Shown here: positions 60,682 to 64,000 of the stretch, one piece after another
How positions within the stretch are numbered: position 1 is the stretch's first letter
How the letters are laid out: the number at the start of each line of letters is the position of its first letter
From: a virus
DNA: 64,000 nucleotides
Direction: 5' to 3' (one strand)
IMG/VR virus record: IMGVR_UViG_3300037189_023236
The notes under the pieces: generated by a model
The model's input: the letters and a program-made list of their open reading frames with translations, nothing else
What the model was told of the DNA's origin: nothing
Database searches by the model: none
Translations under genes and position numbers: made by a program

Positions 60682-61672
60682 TGCTGCGCGACCTCAACTC
60701 ATCTGTGCGATAGATCATAGCCATTAAAAACGCCGCAAATCTGTACACAGAATTCGGGTGGTCTTCCCATATGTTTTTAAATGTGGCGTACGGCTCGACA
60801 TCGCTGCGCACACCGAACAGCTGAATGTAAACCGGTTCGCCAAGAAACTCTAATTGCGGCAAGCATGTCACGATTGCGCTAGCCGGCCGCGCGTATGCGC
60901 TAAACCGCCACAGCGCCAGCAGCGGAAGCGAGTCTGTAATCGCTAATCGCCTTAATTCCGCGATTTCTAGATCTGTACCGGATTCCAGTGCAAACGGCAG
61001 TTCCTCGTAATTTTCGCCAAGAATTCGACGCTTTGTCTCTAAAAGCAATTTAGGCGGCAACGACCCGAGATCGGCAAACTGCACGTCTAACAGACCGTCT
61101 TGCAGCGTAATCGGTTCTGATAAACCGCGCGCACCCACTACGCCGTCTGTTTGTAGCCGCATAATCGGTAGTTGGTTGTTCTGCAGCCACGTAAGCGGCA
61201 CCTCAACAGCGCCAATCGAAGAATCTTCGGTAATGGTCACAAGTTCTTCGTTTGGATATCCGCTTACCCTTGCTGTGTACTGACTGTAGCACCGCCCAAC
61301 TTTGTTATCGGCCTTCGGTTTGCCGATTATGTTTAACCTCGTCTCGTATAGCCCGAATATTTTTTGCGCTGTGATTTGCGTTTCAGGTCGGAAAAATTCT
61401 GTTGTCGGCTGCGGCCAGTACGTTACACGATTATCTAGTGCGTAAATAAATTCAGCGAGTTCAGTCTGGTGCAATAAACGCATGAGCTCGGCTGCGCGGT
61501 AATTCAAAAACACGCGGTCGGGATCAGTGCCGAAAATAATTCGATGCGGCACATGCAAAAACGTTGGTAGCTTTAACGGCGTGTATGTAGGAATGTATTC
61601 CTCACCAAGCGTACCGGGCTTGTAGGATTCCGACGACACGTTTAACAGTAATGTGCGCGCGTGATTGATCAT
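60674..61672 (-). CDS. Conserved structural hypothetical protein
   Basis: MINHARTLLLN, D.RVTY motif; position in module. Confidence 0.6.
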   Translation of the reverse strand: MINHARTLLLNVSSESYKPGTLGEEYIPTYTPLKLPTFLHVPHRIIFGTDPDRVFLNYRAAELMRLLHQTELAEFIYALDNRVTYWPQPTTEFFRPETQITAQKIFGLYETRLNIIGKPKADNKVGRCYSQYTARVSGYPNEELVTITEDSSIGAVEVPLTWLQNNQLPIMRLQTDGVVGARGLSEPITLQDGLLDVQFADLGSLPPKLLLETKRRILGENYEELPFALESGTDLEIAELRRLAITDSLPLLALWRFSAYARPASAIVTCLPQLEFLGEPVYIQLFGVRSDVEPYATFKNIWEDHPNSVYRFAAFLMAMIYRTDELRSRSNG

Positions 61673-61700
61673 TCGCCGATAATTTCTATTGTGTTAGAGC

Positions 61701-62177
61701 TCAGCCCGCAGACGCATTAAGTATGACTGTAAAACGTAATACCCACTGCACAATTGGGTTTGCTGGATTTGGCACTTCAAGTCGCATACCAGTCAGAAAC
61801 CCGAGCAACTGCGCCGAGCCGGTCGTGCCGCCTATCGTTATTTGTGTCGGGGCCATTTTGGCCGCTAAACGATTGTTTCTGTAATAGTCGAAAACACTGC
61901 TGGCGTCAGCCGCGCCGCCAGCCCCGCCGACGCACCCAATAAACGTTATGCCGCTTAGCGTTAATTCGCCAATACGGTCGCCAAACGCGAACACGTAAAT
62001 AAATTCGTCAAGGGAATGTAGAAATTGATGATTTGTGCTTAATTCTAACGCATAGCCTGTGACCGGAACTGTCGTTAAAAATCCGTCAACTTTAATGACA
62101 ACGATGTTAGAACTTGTGCATTCTTCGCCGGGTGTATACCGGTAGACGCCGCCTTCGCATGTAGCAAATACAGACAT
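61701..62177 (-). CDS. Tail tube/hub-related small structural protein (start MSVFAT)
   Basis: N.QF..SL...YV..FGDR.G.L.LSG..F..YY...R; follows the tape measure gene. Confidence 0.55.
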   Translation of the reverse strand: MSVFATCEGGVYRYTPGEECTSSNIVVIKVDGFLTTVPVTGYALELSTNHQFLHSLDEFIYVFAFGDRIGELTLSGITFIGCVGGAGGAADASSVFDYYRNNRLAAKMAPTQITIGGTTGSAQLLGFLTGMRLEVPNPANPIVQWVLRFTVILNASAG

Positions 62178-62187
62178 AATTACACCC

Positions 62188-64000
62188 TCACGCTTGTTCG
62201 CGGACAGGCGGCCCGGCCGGTGTGCGCTCTGTGTTGTCTTTTGGCAGTGCGGACAGTACCGCCCGGTCAACGCCGACCATTTTCAGCACGCCTGTAATAG
62301 CCATACCGCTTTTTCCATCGCCAGATGTGGCGGTACTGGCGACAGAACTAATTGCTTTAACTATGTCGTCTCCAAGCGACGGCATAGTTACATTGTTAAT
62401 GGTAGCCGTCTCGATTTTGAAATCTTTGTCAAACGCGCTCTTTATTGCGTCGCCAATGGCAGGACCAACCGTACTAGCAATAGCGCTGCCGATACCCGTC
62501 GGGTCTGCTGCTCCAGAAGCGCCGGCCATTTTTGCCGCGTCGCCCTCTATCGTTTCCATAATTTCTTTTGTGCTTTTACCGCCCGCTTCGGTTCTTTTTG
62601 CTTCCTCTTCTTGGAGTGTTTTTTCAAGCTTTTCTGGCTCTTTCACTAATTTTCGTTTTTCTTCTTCCGTGCCCTCTCGCATGACGCGCGCAACTTCGCT
62701 GTCCGCGGGTATAGCGCCCGCAGTTATTTGATCCTGAATTGCTGCAACTTTTGAAAGCGTGGCGGTGTCGCTCATGTCTGTCAACCCGCCAAGAACTTTG
62801 TGCGCCCGCGCCATTTTTGTGGCGTCGAGTAGTACCTGTTGCCGCTCTGCAGATAACCCAGAACCTTTAAGCTGTTTCTCTAAGTCGGTTATTTTGTCTT
62901 TGTCTGTGTTGTCAGTTATTGCCTTTTCAATAGATGTTTCAACGCCTTTGCGCGCCGTGGCGTTCATACCATCGCCAAACAGGTCGACGATGCCGCTTGC
63001 AGTGACTACGCCGGTTTCAAGTTGTTTGCCAAACCGCGCGTACGCCTCTATTTTGCTTTTCTTTGACGTATCCTTCATGACGTCAACATGCTCTAACTGC
63101 CGACGCGCTTCGGCTTCCGTCATTGTGTCTGACGTTAGTCCTAACTCAGTTGCGGCTTTTGCATCGGTTACGTATTCGCGAATACCGCCAAGTTCGGCGA
63201 GCGCTGTGTATGCAGAGCCGTCGGCGATCGCGGCGGCTATCTTCTTGTCGTTGCCGCCGTAGATTGATTCCAGCGCCGCAGACATTGCGTCTTTAGCTGC
63301 GCCGCCTTTGCCGTATGCTTTCTTTATGTTGTCGGCCAACTGCGCCGTTGTTAGCAGCTTTGTTTTGCCGTCAAACGCGGTTTTATTCGCGCCGCCAACT
63401 AATCGTTCTTGTAGTTGGTCAAATGTTAATCCACCACTAGCGAGTTTTTTGATTACGTCCTCGTCTGCATCTACGGCTGACCGATACTCCGAATCCATAG
63501 CCGCATACACGTTTTTCATACTAGCTCTGCCGGCGTCTTTCGACGCGTCGTCGATGCCGCCACCAACGGCTGAATAAAATTGCTTACGGACATCGACGTC
63601 GGAAATAATGCCGAGCATCGCTTCTGGATTTCCGCCGGAATCAACAAATCGTTGTATAACGTTGCTGCCGTCACCCAGACGATCCGCATCAAAAATTGCC
63701 GCGCGAGACAAATTACGCTGTTGGCGGACGCGTGCTTCGGCCAGACCTCGCAGATTAAACATCTGCTGCATCTGGCCCATTTTCATGTTGTAATTACCTT
63801 CAACGAATACACCAGCTTCACCCTGTTGTGTCGCCAGAAAATCACGAAGATCAGCGTCATTTTTAAACATACCGCCCGCGCCAATCATCAAATCTTTCGA
63901 TCGGCGCATTACCTGGTCTTCGCTTAACCCCGGATTTGTTTCGCGAACGTGCGCTTGCACTGCACGCTGCATCGATGATTGCAGCACATTGATACGCTCA
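62188..64000 (-). CDS. Tape measure protein, C-terminal part (5' end outside the window)
   Basis: Long Ala/Gly/Lys-rich helical ORF upstream of the baseplate genes. Confidence 0.6.
   Translation of the reverse strand, partial: ERINVLQSSMQRAVQAHVRETNPGLSEDQVMRRSKDLMIGAGGMFKNDADLRDFLATQQGEAGVFVEGNYNMKMGQMQQMFNLRGLAEARVRQQRNLSRAAIFDADRLGDGSNVIQRFVDSGGNPEAMLGIISDVDVRKQFYSAVGGGIDDASKDAGRASMKNVYAAMDSEYRSAVDADEDVIKKLASGGLTFDQLQERLVGGANKTAFDGKTKLLTTAQLADNIKKAYGKGGAAKDAMSAALESIYGGNDKKIAAAIADGSAYTALAELGGIREYVTDAKAATELGLTSDTMTEAEARRQLEHVDVMKDTSKKSKIEAYARFGKQLETGVVTASGIVDLFGDGMNATARKGVETSIEKAITDNTDKDKITDLEKQLKGSGLSAERQQVLLDATKMARAHKVLGGLTDMSDTATLSKVAAIQDQITAGAIPADSEVARVMREGTEEEKRKLVKEPEKLEKTLQEEEAKRTEAGGKSTKEIMETIEGDAAKMAGASGAADPTGIGSAIASTVGPAIGDAIKSAFDKDFKIETATINNVTMPSLGDDIVKAISSVASTATSGDGKSGMAITGVLKMVGVDRAVLSALPKDNTERTPAGPPVREQA

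Noticed and set aside
1-64000. CRISPR or other repeat-spacer array; integrase or transposase
   Set aside because: All tandem repeats seen are in-frame coding low-complexity tracts without unique spacers, and no such enzymes were recognised.
1-64000. Stop-codon reassignment
   Set aside because: Code 11 gives dense, full-length genes ending in TAA, TGA and TAG.

Overview
The window is 64 kb of a large tailed dsDNA phage genome, probably a jumbo myovirus. It is densely coding, and nearly all genes lie on the minus strand. Several proteins resemble families I associate with Planctomycetota, which I infer as the host. Positions 1-28 kb hold early/accessory genes: DUF6745, DUF6876, DUF6915/DUF6878, DUF4314, an ADP-heptose epimerase, a MoxR AAA+/vWA pair, a stand-alone RNAP alpha-CTD, CsrA, tRNA-Thr(UGU) and a degenerate primase-like protein. 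Three plus-strand genes, including a GpA-like terminase large subunit, are wedged among them. Positions 28.5-64 kb hold the tail/baseplate module: giant Cys-rich, Pro-Thr/poly-Ser fibre proteins with RCC1, FGE/C-type-lectin and propeller domains, a paralogous gene array, baseplate J, a gp25-like wedge, a sigma factor and the tape-measure C-terminus. The strongest unexplained signal is a ~400-nt highly structured minus-strand RNA candidate at 28091-28491. Other leads are a possible heptosylated mucin-like virion coat, CsrA-type sites at phage start codons, a K-x-A-enriched protein and PT-repeat-mediated domain shuffling. All family assignments are from motif recognition by eye; no searches were run.
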